DNA of 64,000 nt from an uncultured Actinomycetota bacterium (GCA_963753435.1 CAVWCF010000002.1:96001-160000); one strand, 5' to 3'; counted from the stretch's first letter, positions 1 to 10,800 are shown. Translations and numbers: made by a program. Notes: a model not told the origin generated them from the letters alone.

Positions 1-1
1 C

Positions 2-1858
2 AGAGACCTGACCCGCGTCCGGGACCGCCGCGTCAGGGAGCAGTCCCAGATCGCTGCGGCTGCGCACATTCCAGCGTGCGGGATCGATCGCAGACCCCTC
101 GAACTCGTCGCTCCAGACCGGCGCTCCCCAGTACTCGAGGCTGCCCGGGGCGACAGGGGCGACAGGGGCCTCAGCACTTGTAGCCACACTGACTACGCCC
201 GCGGGTGAGACCTGACCTGAGGCAGAAATGCCGACGACTGAGTATTCGTACGTCGTTGCGGGTTGCAGGCCGCTGTCGCTGTACGTGTAGGGAGTCTGCC
301 CGGCGGGGACGGTCGCGACCACGGTGCCATCGCGACTCAACCTGTACTGCGCAGCAATCGAATCCGGTGCGTCGCTCCAACTGAGTTCGGCAGTCGTCTG
401 CCCAGTTGACTGACCCGAAATCTCCGGGGCCGCAAGTGGCTCGGACACGATCGTGTCGTAGGTGAGGTCGAAACTGACGTCGCGGGTGGCGCGGTAGTTG
501 AGGTGGGTTTCGGCTGCGACGACGTTGCGTCCGGGACGGAGCAACTTGGTCGGGACGTCGAAAACGCTCCAGTTCGCGTCGGCGTACGTTGCAGTCGGTG
601 CCGGGTAGGCGTAGGTGTTGGCGGTTACTTCACCGTCGGGGAGGTTGGTGCGTCCCACCTCGGTTCCGTTGACGAAGACGATCACCCCGTCATTCGCGAT
701 CACGCTGATTGCGCCGGTGGCGACGGCGGCGGGGTCGGCGATCTGGAAGTCCCGACGGAACTGGATCGCCAGGGGGCGCTTGCTCGGGGCTCCGACGCTG
801 ACGTCGGTGCCGACGGAGGTTCCCCAGCCCAGCACGGCGTTGCCCTGCCGCCAGGAGGAGTCGTCGAATCCGGTGGTCCGCCAGTCAGCTGGCGGTGCGG
901 CCGAGTCGTACCTCCACTGCCACGAGGCGCCGGCCGAGACCGGCTGGGCAGCGGTGATACCTGCAGGGTCGGCTGTGGTCGCTTGCGCCTCGCCAGACCC
1001 TGACTTGCGCCCCAGCGAGTCAACACCGACCACGGAGTAGTTGTAGGTGGTTCCAGCGTTGAGCGAGGTGTCCGAGAACTGTCGAGTGGTGACCGGGACG
1101 GTCGCGAGGGGCGCATCGTCCCGGGTCACCTGGTACTGCGTTGCTGTCGTCGCTTCAGCGTCCGTCCACGTCAAGTCAACCCGGTCTGCCCCTTGGGCGG
1201 TGGCGGCAACCACCGGGGTGGGCGGCGGCATTGTCTCCAAGATGTCGTAGGTGAGGTCGAAACTGACGTCGCGGGTGGCGCGGTAGTTGAGGTGGGTTTC
1301 GGCTGCGACGACGTTGCGTCCGGGACGGAGCAACTTGGTCGGGACGTCGAAAACGCTCCAGTTCGCGTCGGCGTACGTTGCAGTCGGTGCCGGGTAGGCG
1401 TAGGTGTTGGCGGTTACTTCACCGTCGGGGAGGTTGGTGCGTCCCACCTCGGTTCCGTTGACGAAGACGATCACCCCGTCATTCGCGATCACGCTGATTG
1501 CGCCGGTGGCGACGGCGGCGGGGTCGGCGATCTGGAAGTCCCGACGGAACTGGATCGCCAGGGGGCGCTTGCTCGGGGCTCCGACGCTGACGTCGGTGCC
1601 GACGGAGGTTCCCCAGCCCAGCACGGCGTTGCCCTGCCGCCAGGAGGAGTCGTCGAATCCGGTGGTCCGCCAGTCAGCTGGCGGTGCGGCCGAGTCGTAC
1701 CTCCACTGCCACGAGGCGCCGGCCGAGACCGGCTGGGAGACCCGATACGGCTCAAAGGCCGGTGCGTCGTCTGCATCTGCCACGCTGCTCACGACAGCGA
1801 CGGACCCCACGAGCGCCACTGCCGTGGCGAGAGCGGTCGTCTTCCGAGTGTGGCGCAT
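2..1858 (-). CDS. Secreted multidomain protein, 3' end outside window: signal peptide, 2x (jelly-roll-like domain + FN3), start of GH16-like glycoside hydrolase domain
   Basis: Not in ORF track because there is no stop in the window. Manual translation from ATG 1858 (GGAG upstream): MRHTRKTTALATAVALVGSVAVVSSVADA signal; WQWRYDSAAPPADW...ETHLNYRATRDVSFDL twice; FN3-like LTWTD..YQVTRD..YNYSVVG; ends WGAPVWSDEFEGSAIDPARWN, a typical GH16 N-terminus. The catalytic ExDxxE motif is not visible. Confidence 0.8.
   Translation of the reverse strand, partial: MRHTRKTTALATAVALVGSVAVVSSVADADDAPAFEPYRVSQPVSAGASWQWRYDSAAPPADWRTTGFDDSSWRQGNAVLGWGTSVGTDVSVGAPSKRPLAIQFRRDFQIADPAAVATGAISVIANDGVIVFVNGTEVGRTNLPDGEVTANTYAYPAPTATYADANWSVFDVPTKLLRPGRNVVAAETHLNYRATRDVSFDLTYDILETMPPPTPVVAATAQGADRVDLTWTDAEATTATQYQVTRDDAPLATVPVTTRQFSDTSLNAGTTYNYSVVGVDSLGRKSGSGEAQATTADPAGITAAQPVSAGASWQWRYDSAAPPADWRTTGFDDSSWRQGNAVLGWGTSVGTDVSVGAPSKRPLAIQFRRDFQIADPAAVATGAISVIANDGVIVFVNGTEVGRTNLPDGEVTANTYAYPAPTATYADANWSVFDVPTKLLRPGRNVVAAETHLNYRATRDVSFDLTYDTIVSEPLAAPEISGQSTGQTTAELSWSDAPDSIAAQYRLSRDGTVVATVPAGQTPYTYSDSGLQPATTYEYSVVGISASGQVSPAGVVSVATSAEAPVAPVAPGSLEYWGAPVWSDEFEGSAIDPARWNVRSRSDLGLLPDAAVPDAGQVS
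454..1737. repeat. Exact 495-bp direct repeat (454-948 and 1243-1737, offset 789 bp)
   Basis: Copies read identical by eye and give identical shadow-ORF translations; the flanking FN3-coding segments differ. Confidence 0.95.
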
Positions 1859-2191
1859 ATTGGTGCTCCTGCCCTCTGATCTCGCGGCAACCCGCCCTAA
1901 CTTGGACCCTTTCGGCCAATTCGGGGTTGGTCTTGAGCGTCCGACCGATTGCGAACGGCCTCCGGCACGCTGCCGCCTTCGCTGCCGACCCTGCTCTAGG
2001 CGCGATGGGGGGGAACAATGCGTGGGGGCGCAGCAAAGGTCAAGTTGATCACCCGCAGTTCTGCGAAGGCCTGAAACCGGTGTGACGAGTCGTGGTGGTG
2101 TGCTGCCGCGCGGAATGTGAGATCGCAAGCGAGGGAGATGGCACTTCATCGCGAGGGGCCGCGGCCCATGGCCAATTCGAACTAGGCGGCG

Positions 2192-2749
2192 TCACCGCTG
2201 TGTCAGGTGCAGCAAGGTGCGCCAGGCGCGGGCCGCCATGGTCCGTCTGTCAAGTCTTGGTGGCAACTGAGCAAGCGCCGTCTGCGCGTTGTGGGCGCCG
2301 GGAGTCGGCGGAGTGCCGTCAGATCGGGTCGGCAATCGACCCGCAACCGCGTCCGTGAGGGCTTCGTGAAGCGTCGCCGCCGTTTCCACCGTGTGCGCGG
2401 CCCCCAGGATCGCCAACTCACGAGCGAACTCGAGTTGATGGCGATCGACCACCTCACCGAGATCAGGTCGTCTGGGCACGAGAATGGGGATGCGAGACCG
2501 GCTTCGTGCGTCCATGACGCCACCGGCCCCGCCCTGGAGGACGATGGCGTCTGCCTCGTCGTAGAGACGCATGAGGTCTCCGTGGGGGACCATGGTGACG
2601 TTGCGTGCGCCGGGTACCGGGGATGACGTTCCGTGTTGCACGACCACATCAATGTCGGGATGACGTGCGATCCAGGGTTCCATCCACTGGCCAAGGCGCT
2701 CGAACGGAAGGTGGTAGGTGCCGGCGCTGACCAGAACGAGGCCCCTCAC
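2192..2749 (-). CDS. PssE/Cps14G (Alg13-like) glycosyltransferase subunit
   Basis: VLVSAGTYHLPFERL, VVQHG, QGGAG, VPRRPDLGEVVDRHQ motifs; GTG start overlaps the upstream TGA (GTGA). Confidence 0.85.
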   Translation of the reverse strand: MRGLVLVSAGTYHLPFERLGQWMEPWIARHPDIDVVVQHGTSSPVPGARNVTMVPHGDLMRLYDEADAIVLQGGAGGVMDARSRSRIPILVPRRPDLGEVVDRHQLEFARELAILGAAHTVETAATLHEALTDAVAGRLPTRSDGTPPTPGAHNAQTALAQLPPRLDRRTMAARAWRTLLHLTQR

Positions 2750-3195
2750 AGAACCATGCCAACCTCGTGTGCGTCGCGGAACCATCGTCCCAGCGCGGGC
2801 CATTGGATCATGAAGAGATCAGCGAATGGGTATACCAAGCGCCCGCTGAGCGAGGGGCTGGCGATCCGATCAACCGGCTCCAAGTGCGCCGTCCTTGCGC
2901 CGAACCGTCGCGCTTGGGCGAAGAAGGGCAGTGCGATCGCAGCACCCGTGCTGAGGATGAGGTCGGGTCGTTCGCGGGCAAGGACCTGCCGAGCGAGTCG
3001 GGTATTCCGGAGGAGGTTCGGCAGGTTCCGAACGGTCGGGTAATGGGCCTCCACAACCGTCTCGCCTTTCAGGCGATGGCGGGCGTCCTCAGTGGGAAGC
3101 GTCACCCAAGTCCGCTCGTGCTGCTCCCACCACGGTCGCAGAGCCCATGCCTGTGCGAGGTGTCCGCCGGAGGAGCACACAATCAAGACACGCAT
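2746..3195 (-). CDS. PssD/Cps14F (Alg14-like) glycosyltransferase subunit
   Basis: VCSSGGHLAQ, RPDLILSTGAAIALPF, SLSGRLVYPFADLFMIQW. Confidence 0.9.
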   Translation of the reverse strand: MRVLIVCSSGGHLAQAWALRPWWEQHERTWVTLPTEDARHRLKGETVVEAHYPTVRNLPNLLRNTRLARQVLARERPDLILSTGAAIALPFFAQARRFGARTAHLEPVDRIASPSLSGRLVYPFADLFMIQWPALGRWFRDAHEVGMVL

Positions 3196-3230
3196 GGTCC
3201 CTCATCGAAGCTTCTAGTGGGTGTAGGCAA

Positions 3231-4241
3231 TCAGATCCCCTTGCCGACACGTCGCGCAGCCTTCACGACGGTTTCCTTTTGGACCAGGCCGGTCGTGATC
3301 CCCAGAGCTAGGTAGGCCCGAATACGTGTCGGGTCGTGCTTGAGCGCGCTGCGTGCCCACCGTCGGGCGTCTCCGGTCTGACCCGCCGACGCGCGTGCGA
3401 AAGCGATCTGGGACTCGATGCGACCGATGGCTCGGCGGTCCTCCCCGAACTCCGGGTGCGTTCGGAGCAGGTACTCCAATGCCGTCGCGTACTGGTCCCA
3501 CTGGCCGAAGAAGTACGACTGGCCCTGCCACATCACTCTGACCAGTGGCCGGTTCACTACTTCGATCGGCGCGACTCTGGCGGTTCTCAGCAACAGGTCG
3601 TAGTCCTCGCCATAGCTTCCGGGGAGTTGCTCGTCGAGCATGCCGACGGGTCCGATGAGGGCCTGTCGGCGGAACAAGAAACTGCTGGAGTGAAGCCCGG
3701 CGAGTCGGTCGCGCAGCAGTGCACCGTGAGTAATCCGTGAAGTGGGAAGCAGGCGGTCGTGTTGACGACCTTCGCCCTCGACGGTCATGGCAGTGCCGAT
3801 GAGAACAGCCTCCGGGCACTCCCGTGCCCTTTGGACTTGTAGGGCAAGTTTGTCGGGAAGCCAGTAGTCGTCGTCGTCCAGGAAGGCCACCCAATCGTGG
3901 GAGGACGCAAGGATTCCTGTGTTCCGCGCCCCGGCGAGTCCACGAGTCCGGGTGTTGGACAGCGGTCGGATAACCCGATTGGGTGGTAGTGCGATCTGGG
4001 GTAGCTCGGGCTCGCAGGCGTCGAATACGACGATTACCTCGATGTCACCCTCATACGTTTGAGCAAGCACGCTGCTCAGGGCGCGCCTCATTAGTTGTGG
4101 GCGGTTGTGCGTCGGGATGATCACCGTAACAGGCGGAATGGACACTGCGCTCCCGTTCCCTTGATGGGTGACCGCCACACGGTCACTGGGCTTGATGAAC
4201 GGTAACCTGGGAGTTTCCGTGGGCGTGCTATCGACGATCAT
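3231..4241 (-). CDS. GT2 family glycosyltransferase
   Basis: VTVIIPTHNR, GLAGARNTG, AFLDDDDYW, EDYDL; start position uncertain. Confidence 0.9.
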   Translation of the reverse strand: MIVDSTPTETPRLPFIKPSDRVAVTHQGNGSAVSIPPVTVIIPTHNRPQLMRRALSSVLAQTYEGDIEVIVVFDACEPELPQIALPPNRVIRPLSNTRTRGLAGARNTGILASSHDWVAFLDDDDYWLPDKLALQVQRARECPEAVLIGTAMTVEGEGRQHDRLLPTSRITHGALLRDRLAGLHSSSFLFRRQALIGPVGMLDEQLPGSYGEDYDLLLRTARVAPIEVVNRPLVRVMWQGQSYFFGQWDQYATALEYLLRTHPEFGEDRRAIGRIESQIAFARASAGQTGDARRWARSALKHDPTRIRAYLALGITTGLVQKETVVKAARRVGKGI

Positions 4242-5760
4242 GCGATGCCGATTCTTTGGTGATCCGGTTGCGCAAGAGTTGCCACAACTTCCCAATGCCT
4301 AGCGGCTCTCGTAAGAACCAGAGCGCCACGAGGTAGAGCGAACCCGCCGCGATGAGCATGACCAAGAGCGCAGCGAATGTCGAACCCAGTGTCAGCCGTA
4401 CGAGGGAACCGACGACTCCGAACACGACTAGTGGGAGGGCCATTGCCGGCAGCAGGGAGCGCAGGCTCAACCTGACGCCGATCGAATGATGCACCTGCAC
4501 GGACGCAAGGAGTGTGTCCACCAGGACCACGACCACCCAGGCAACTGCGGCGCCGATCGTGCCCCAAAGCGGCACGAGCAGCAGCGACAGCCCGATGCTC
4601 AGGCCGAGAGCCAGTCCTTTGTTCCCCATCTGCCAACTGGGACGTCCGCCCTGGATGAGGATGCTCTGGAGCATTCCGGCGGCGGCGGCGACCATCATCA
4701 CAGTGGCCAGCAGCGCCAACACCGGTGCGCCTCGCTCGAAGCCGGCCCCAAATATGCTCATTACTGCAGGACCCATGATGGCGAGGGTCAGGTAGTAGGG
4801 CCAGGTGAGAAGGACGATCGTTCGCGCGGCTGAGGTGTGCAACTGGGTGGCCGCAGGCCGCTCGTCTCGAGCGAGCATCGCTGAGATTGTGGGGCTGGCT
4901 GCGATCCGTGCAGCGCGGTCAACCACCTGGCCAGCTCTAACTGCACGTGTCGCCACCGCGTACACGCCGGCATCGGCGGCGGACGTCAGCGCTCCCACGA
5001 TGATGACGTCCGCCCACTGCAACCCAACCTCAGCTGCGCTGCCGAATGCACGGGCGGTACAGAATGCCCAGAAGGATCGTGCGCCGTCCCGCCAGCGATT
5101 CGAAGGAGGCCGAAGCCTGAGGTCGGCTAGCACCGGGCGGACAAGCAGCCCGATCGTCACGGCGAGCCAGAACGGCAGGGGCGCCGCCCATGCCAGCGTC
5201 GTTCCTTCGACACCGACGCCGAGGACGACAGTGAAGAGCACGACCAGCGCGAGCCGGCTTGCGGGCTGGCCGATGCTCTGAACCAAGGAAAACGGCGCTA
5301 TGCCGCGGACCATGCGTAGTTGGCTCTGCAGCACGCCAAGCACGGGTGCTATGGCCAGGAAGGGGGCCAGGATGCGGATCAAGGTTGCGAGATCCTCTGC
5401 CTCTCCGGTGGCGCCAAAGAGATCACCTAGCGGCCCCGCTAGCGCGAACGCAAGCGCCGCAACAAGGCAGGAGGCTATGGACACGGGGGTTGCCGCCTGA
5501 GCAAGAGTCTGGGTCTGCAGCCCGCTACGTCCGAAGGCGTCTTGCTCGGCGAGGTACTTGACGATCCCGCTTCCAGTCCCGAGCTTCAGAACCTCAGTCG
5601 CGATCATGAACAGCGCGATCGCCTGGAAGAGCGATCCGGTGTCGCTAGTGCCCAGGTTGCGCGCAACGATCGTGGTGAGAAGCAGCGCGGCGACTGCCGA
5701 GAAAGCTGATGCCATGAGGCTTAGCGCCCCGGCATGGGCCAACCGCTCCGGCCGCGTCAC
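4228..5760 (-). CDS. Wzx-like polysaccharide flippase
   Basis: Many hydrophobic helices; ARNLG..DTG, WADVIIVG, AGVYAVATR, LVPLWGTIGAA; GTG at 5760 overlaps the upstream stop. Confidence 0.85.
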   Translation of the reverse strand: MTRPERLAHAGALSLMASAFSAVAALLLTTIVARNLGTSDTGSLFQAIALFMIATEVLKLGTGSGIVKYLAEQDAFGRSGLQTQTLAQAATPVSIASCLVAALAFALAGPLGDLFGATGEAEDLATLIRILAPFLAIAPVLGVLQSQLRMVRGIAPFSLVQSIGQPASRLALVVLFTVVLGVGVEGTTLAWAAPLPFWLAVTIGLLVRPVLADLRLRPPSNRWRDGARSFWAFCTARAFGSAAEVGLQWADVIIVGALTSAADAGVYAVATRAVRAGQVVDRAARIAASPTISAMLARDERPAATQLHTSAARTIVLLTWPYYLTLAIMGPAVMSIFGAGFERGAPVLALLATVMMVAAAAGMLQSILIQGGRPSWQMGNKGLALGLSIGLSLLLVPLWGTIGAAVAWVVVVLVDTLLASVQVHHSIGVRLSLRSLLPAMALPLVVFGVVGSLVRLTLGSTFAALLVMLIAAGSLYLVALWFLREPLGIGKLWQLLRNRITKESASHDRR

Positions 5761-7071
5761 GGCGGCTTGGGGGTGGGCCAGAGTCGGGAACGGCCTGTCT
5801 CGCGTTCCCGAAGCAGCAGCGCGGTTACGAAGGCGAAGGGCAATAGCAGTCGGTCGAGCCCGTAGTAGAGGCTCATCACGACTGCTGTGACCAAGGCGGT
5901 GTGCAGCCACAAGCCCGCCAGAGTTGGCACTCTGGCGGTCCTGATCGCGGCGCCGACGATGAAGATGAGGAAGAGGGCAAGCCCAACGAATCCGAAACTG
6001 AACATCGCGTTCCAGACGGCGCCTTGGGTCCCGGCCGCGATCTCGCTGGTGAGAGCCGGGCGTGGAGCCCCGTAGCCCAATACCGGTGAGTCCAGGGTCC
6101 GTTCCAGCGTCTCCCGATACAGGTTTGCGCGGCCCGCGCTCGTGTCGACCACATCCTGCCTGGCCGCGATCTGGTTGTTGAACCCAAGCGCGACGAGCAG
6201 GGCCAGGATTCCGGCGGCTCCGAGTCCGACGGATGCAACGAGTCGCCAGTGTCCCCTCATCAACAGCCGCAGCAGCAGGTAGGAAGTGCCGACGACGAGT
6301 GCGATGTACATGCCTCGGTTCGACGTGACCACCGCCGGTGGAAGCGCCGCGGCCAGTGCGAGCAGGGTCAGCATGAGTGATTGTCGAGTCCCACGGTAGA
6401 GGGCGGCGCCGATCGCTACGGGCGTGAGGAATGCCATTGCCGCCCCCCACCCGTTCGCATACGCGAAAGGTGCCGATGGGCGCAGGAACGGCTCGATTGC
6501 TCCGAAAGGAGTCTGCACTTCAGCAAACGGTGGGAAGGCGAGGTCGCTGATGTAGTCGTTGGCCAGCAACTGCGCGGGGAGGAGACGCCCAACGGTTGCG
6601 GTCAGTCGGGTGTCGGGCCACAACATTCCGAGGTATCCACCGACGATCACGAACACCCAATATGCGGTCAGCGCGTCGAGGATCTTCCGCGCGGTGAGGC
6701 TGCGTGCGTTCACGATGTAGATCATCAGTAGGGCGATTGCCGCGTACTGCCCGAAGCGAAGCCCGTAGCCGACGAGTCGGCCTGGGGTATCGATCATGAC
6801 CGCACAGGCCATCGTCCACATAAGGAATGCCACAAACGGCAGGATCCCCGGAACGAGTACGAGGGATTGCTGCCTGAGCAGGAGCGCCCCTAGTAGTAGC
6901 GCAGCGACGGGCAAGTAGAACGACGCAAGGCCAAGTGCCCAGAAGGCGGGTATCCCGGCAGAGCAGTACGAGCGCGGGCCAGGCGCGGAGTGGCGGCGCG
7001 AGTGCCGGCTGGGTGGCGACTGCTGGCGGCGATTCCTCTCTCCCTTCTAGTCGCCTTCTAGCGACGCTCAC
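5757..7071 (-). CDS. O-antigen ligase/Wzy polymerase-like membrane protein, frameshifted near 6957
   Basis: RPSAPFAYANGWG, TSNRGM, DSPVLGYG motifs. The N-terminus (GTG 7071 ...WPALVLL) continues as GIPAFWALGLASFYLP in another frame; length is 3n+1. Confidence 0.75.
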
Positions 7072-7817
7072 GGCGCTCTGGATGAAGTCGAGTCGCCGGC
7101 CTGGCGACCGAGGGCTCGGTATTTGCGGCTCAATGAAGGCACGGCTATGCACAGGGTGATAGCGAAGATCGCGGTGTACCCAGTAGCGAAGACGGCAGTC
7201 AGTGGTAGCAGCGCGACCACGAGGTACAACGTACCGACGTCGTAGGGCAGTTTCATGAAGGACACCCATATCGCCGAGCCGGCGCCGGGCTGCTCGTTCG
7301 GACTGTCGAGCATCTTCTCCGCAAGGATCTGCCCGAAGAACCAGACCGACGAAACCAACATGTAGGCCAGGGCGACCCCGACCAGCCACGAGGGGCTGTT
7401 CCACACTCGCGCGACGTGGACGGCGATTGCCAGATGGACCCCCGGCAGCCGGAAGGCGTCGACCAGATGATCCAGCCATTCACCAGCTGCCGTGCTCGCT
7501 TGCGTGAGGCGAGCCAGTTGACCGTCGGCTGAGTCCAATGCGTAGCCGATCAGGAGGAGCAGTGATCCGCTGAGTGCGACAGCCCAGCTCCCCGTGCCCA
7601 GCGCGATGACGACGAGGGCCGCCAGGGACGACGCACCGCTGAGCAGTGTGACCTGTGTGGGGCTCCAGCCGAATGAGTAGGCGGCCGCAGCTGCCCGGCG
7701 CCCTAGGCCTCGATTGACCCACCGAAGGTAGGCGGGTACGCCGTTGCCGGGCTTCTGTGCAGCTGCGAGCCGACTGGCCGCCTCGGCGTACCGCCGTTTT
7801 GTGTCTCCTCCGGACAT
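7068..7817 (-). CDS. CDP-alcohol phosphatidyltransferase family protein
   Basis: Signature DSADGQLARLTQASTAAGEWLDHLVD and SPTQVT. Confidence 0.9.
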   Translation of the reverse strand: MSGGDTKRRYAEAASRLAAAQKPGNGVPAYLRWVNRGLGRRAAAAAYSFGWSPTQVTLLSGASSLAALVVIALGTGSWAVALSGSLLLLIGYALDSADGQLARLTQASTAAGEWLDHLVDAFRLPGVHLAIAVHVARVWNSPSWLVGVALAYMLVSSVWFFGQILAEKMLDSPNEQPGAGSAIWVSFMKLPYDVGTLYLVVALLPLTAVFATGYTAIFAITLCIAVPSLSRKYRALGRQAGDSTSSRAP

Positions 7818-7887
7818 CGACCAAACCCCCCGAGTGCTCGTCGCCCTAACTAGGCCGCTGACATGCCGAGATAATCAACCTCACGCA

Positions 7888-10800
7888 TCAGGTAGTAATG
7901 ATGCTTAGGTCAAAACTCGCATCTCTGGTGTTCCGGTAGTTGAGGTGGGTCTCGGCTGTGATCACGTTTGGTCCCGCCACGAAGGCGGAGACAGGGATTG
8001 TGAAGGTGACCCGGTCCGCCTCGGCCGTGCGGGTTCGAGGCGCCGCTGTGGCCCAGGTGGAGGCCGTGATCGGACCCGAAGGCAGGTTCGCACGGCCGAT
8101 CTCGATGCCGTTGAGGTAGACGATCACACCGTCATCCGCGATTGCAGTGACCATCGCGGACGCAAAGGCGGCCGGGTCTTCGATGTCGAACACATGACGG
8201 AACTGGGCTGCCAGCGGGCGGGGGCTGGGCGCGCCCTCGCTGATGTCAGTGGCGATGTCATTGGATCCGAAACCCAGAAGAGCTGAACCCGACGCCCAGT
8301 CGCCGTCGTCGTAGCCCACCGCAGTCCATCCCGGGTCCGGCTCGCTGTCGGCGTATCTCCAAGACCAAGTCGAAAGGTTGCTCACCAGGGGCGGCGGCGG
8401 CGGCTGAGGCTGCGTGGTCACCGTTGTCGATCCGGGTGTTGAGACGCGACCTAGTGCATCCACTCCGATCACTGAGTACGCGTACGTGGTGTTCGCCTCC
8501 AGATCGACGTCGGTGTACTCGTGATCCGGCGCCGGCACGGAAGCTATCAGCGACCCGTCTCGGCTGATCCGATACTCAACTGCGGTGGTGGTCGGCGGAT
8601 CTGTCCAGGTCAGATTAACCGTGTCGAAAGACAGAGACTCGCCTGCAACAGAGGGTGCGACCGGCGGCGGCGGGGTCCCAAGCACGCCCTCCAACCTCAG
8701 GTCGAAACTCGCATCTCTGGTGCTCCGGTAGTTGAGGTGGGTCTCGGCTGTGATCACGTTTGGTCCCGCCACGAAGGCGGAGACAGGGATTGTGAAGGTG
8801 ACCCGGTCCGCCTCGGCCGTGCGGGTTCGAGGCGCCGCTGTGGCCCAGGTGGAGGCCGTGATCGGACCCGAAGGCAGGTTCGCACGGCCGATCTCGATGC
8901 CGTTGAGGTAGACGATCACACCGTCATCCGCGATTGCAGTGACCATCGCGGACGCAAAGGCGGCCGGGTCTTCGATGTCGAACACATGACGGAACTGGGC
9001 TGCCAGCGGGCGGGGGCTGGGCGCGCCCTCGCTGATGTCAGTGGCGATGTCATTGGATCCGAAACCCAGAAGAGCTGAACCCGACGCCCAGTCGCCGTCG
9101 TCGTAGCCCACCGCAGTCCATCCCGGGTCCGGCTCGCTGTCGGCGTATCTCCAAGACCAAGTCGAAAGGTTGCTCACCAGGGGCGGCGGCGGCGGCTGAG
9201 GCTGCGTGGTCACCGTTGTCGATCCGGGTGTTGAGACGCGACCTAGTGCATCCACTCCGATCACTGAGTACGCGTACGTGGTGTTCGCCTCCAGATCGAC
9301 GTCGGTGTACTCGTGATCCGGCGCCGGCACGGAAGCTATCAGCGACCCGTCTCGGCTGATCCGATACTCAACTGCGGTGGTGGTCGGCGGATCTGTCCAG
9401 GTCAGATTAACCGTGTCGAAAGACAGAGACTCGCCTGCAACAGAGGGTGCGACCGGCGGCGGCGGGGTCCCAAGCACGCCCTCCAACCTCAGGTCGAAAC
9501 TCGCATCTCTGGTGCTCCGGTAGTTGAGGTGGGTCTCGGCGGCAACCACATTCGTTCCGGTGTTAAGCAGGCCGCCTGGCACGACGAACACGGCCGGAGA
9601 GTTGGCTGCAGTGAATGCCGTCGGAGCGGCAGTTGCGTAGGTGGACGACGAGATCGGGCCTGTCGGCAGGTTGCTTCGCCCGACCTCCGTGCCGTTTACG
9701 TAGACGACCACACCGTCGTCGGCTATCACTGTGACACCCCCTTCGGCTATGGCCGACGCGTCGTCGATATTGAACTCTTGACGGAACTGGGCCGCCAGCG
9801 GGCGGGGGCTGGGCGCGCCTACGCCGATGTCAGTCGACAGGTCTGGCGTCCCGAAGCCAAGGACCGCGCTACCTGTAGGCCATTCACTGTCGTCGAACTC
9901 CGGGTCACGCCAATCGGCCGGGGGTGCAGTGGCATCGAACCGCCAATTCCAGGCCGAGCCTTCTGAGATCAGTGTGGCGGTTTCGGGTGCCGCGGACACC
10001 ACCAGAACATGCGTGCTAGCCGAGCGGTTCCCGGCCCCGTCCACAGCTCTCACGAAGTACCGAGCAGATGTCGTCTGGGCCGGCAGGACCGCCTCGGTAG
10101 CAGACGTGACGGCGACGACCCGATCGTCCCTTAGGACTTCGTAGGACACAGAACCGCTGTTGTCTGTGCTCCCGCTCCAACTCAATCTGAGGTCGCTAGC
10201 GACAACCTCCTCGGTGAGACTGGTTGGAGTAGTGGGCGCGGTCGAGTCTCGCAGCGGGAACCGAGCGAAGCCGCCTGACCATTGGCGCGATGACTCTGCC
10301 TTCTCGGAGGTGTCCAGGTCGCCACCAACCCAGAGAGCGCCGCTGCTATCGATGAATGTGGCCCAAACCCCATATCCCCGGCGTGCGGTCAAGACTGGTC
10401 CGAAGTCGGGTAGGACGTCGCCGGTGGCGGCATCCCACGCGCCGACGAGTGTGATCTTGTCCGCGTGAGTCCAGGCGTTGCCGACATTGCTCCACGTGTA
10501 GGCGTCCTCATACACCCAGTCTCCACAGTGACAACCTGCGTAGACGGTGTCGTTGGACGCGTTGACGGTCTGGAAATCGCCGCCGACTTTGGTAATGCTT
10601 CCGGAGACAAGCGAGAAGTCGTCGCGCTGGTAACCGAACAGACTGTGCTCGGAGCCGGCAACGTAGACGCGACCAGCGACTTCCTTGATCCCTAGCTGCC
10701 AAACGTTTCCGGTGATTTCACCGTCTCCGTTGACGCCCGACTTGCTGAATGTGGGGCTCCAGACGGGTGTGACGACCTGAGCTGTGTCCTTGACAAGCGC

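Noticed and set aside
503-2085. Plus-strand ORFs of 130-230 aa with duplicated text
   Set aside because: Antisense shadows of the long minus-strand gene that the track missed.
1859-2191. c-di-AMP (ydaO) riboswitch upstream of a secreted hydrolase
   Set aside because: Characteristic GCTGAATCC and GTCAGCTAAC elements are not present.
5761-6450. N-terminal 230 aa of the 740-aa flippase ORF
   Set aside because: Overlaps the Wzy-like gene in another frame; the real start is GTG 5760.
454-9540. Long direct repeats as IS elements or a diversity-generating retroelement
   Set aside because: In-frame protein domains; no transposase, terminal inverted repeats, reverse transcriptase or adenine-specific differences.
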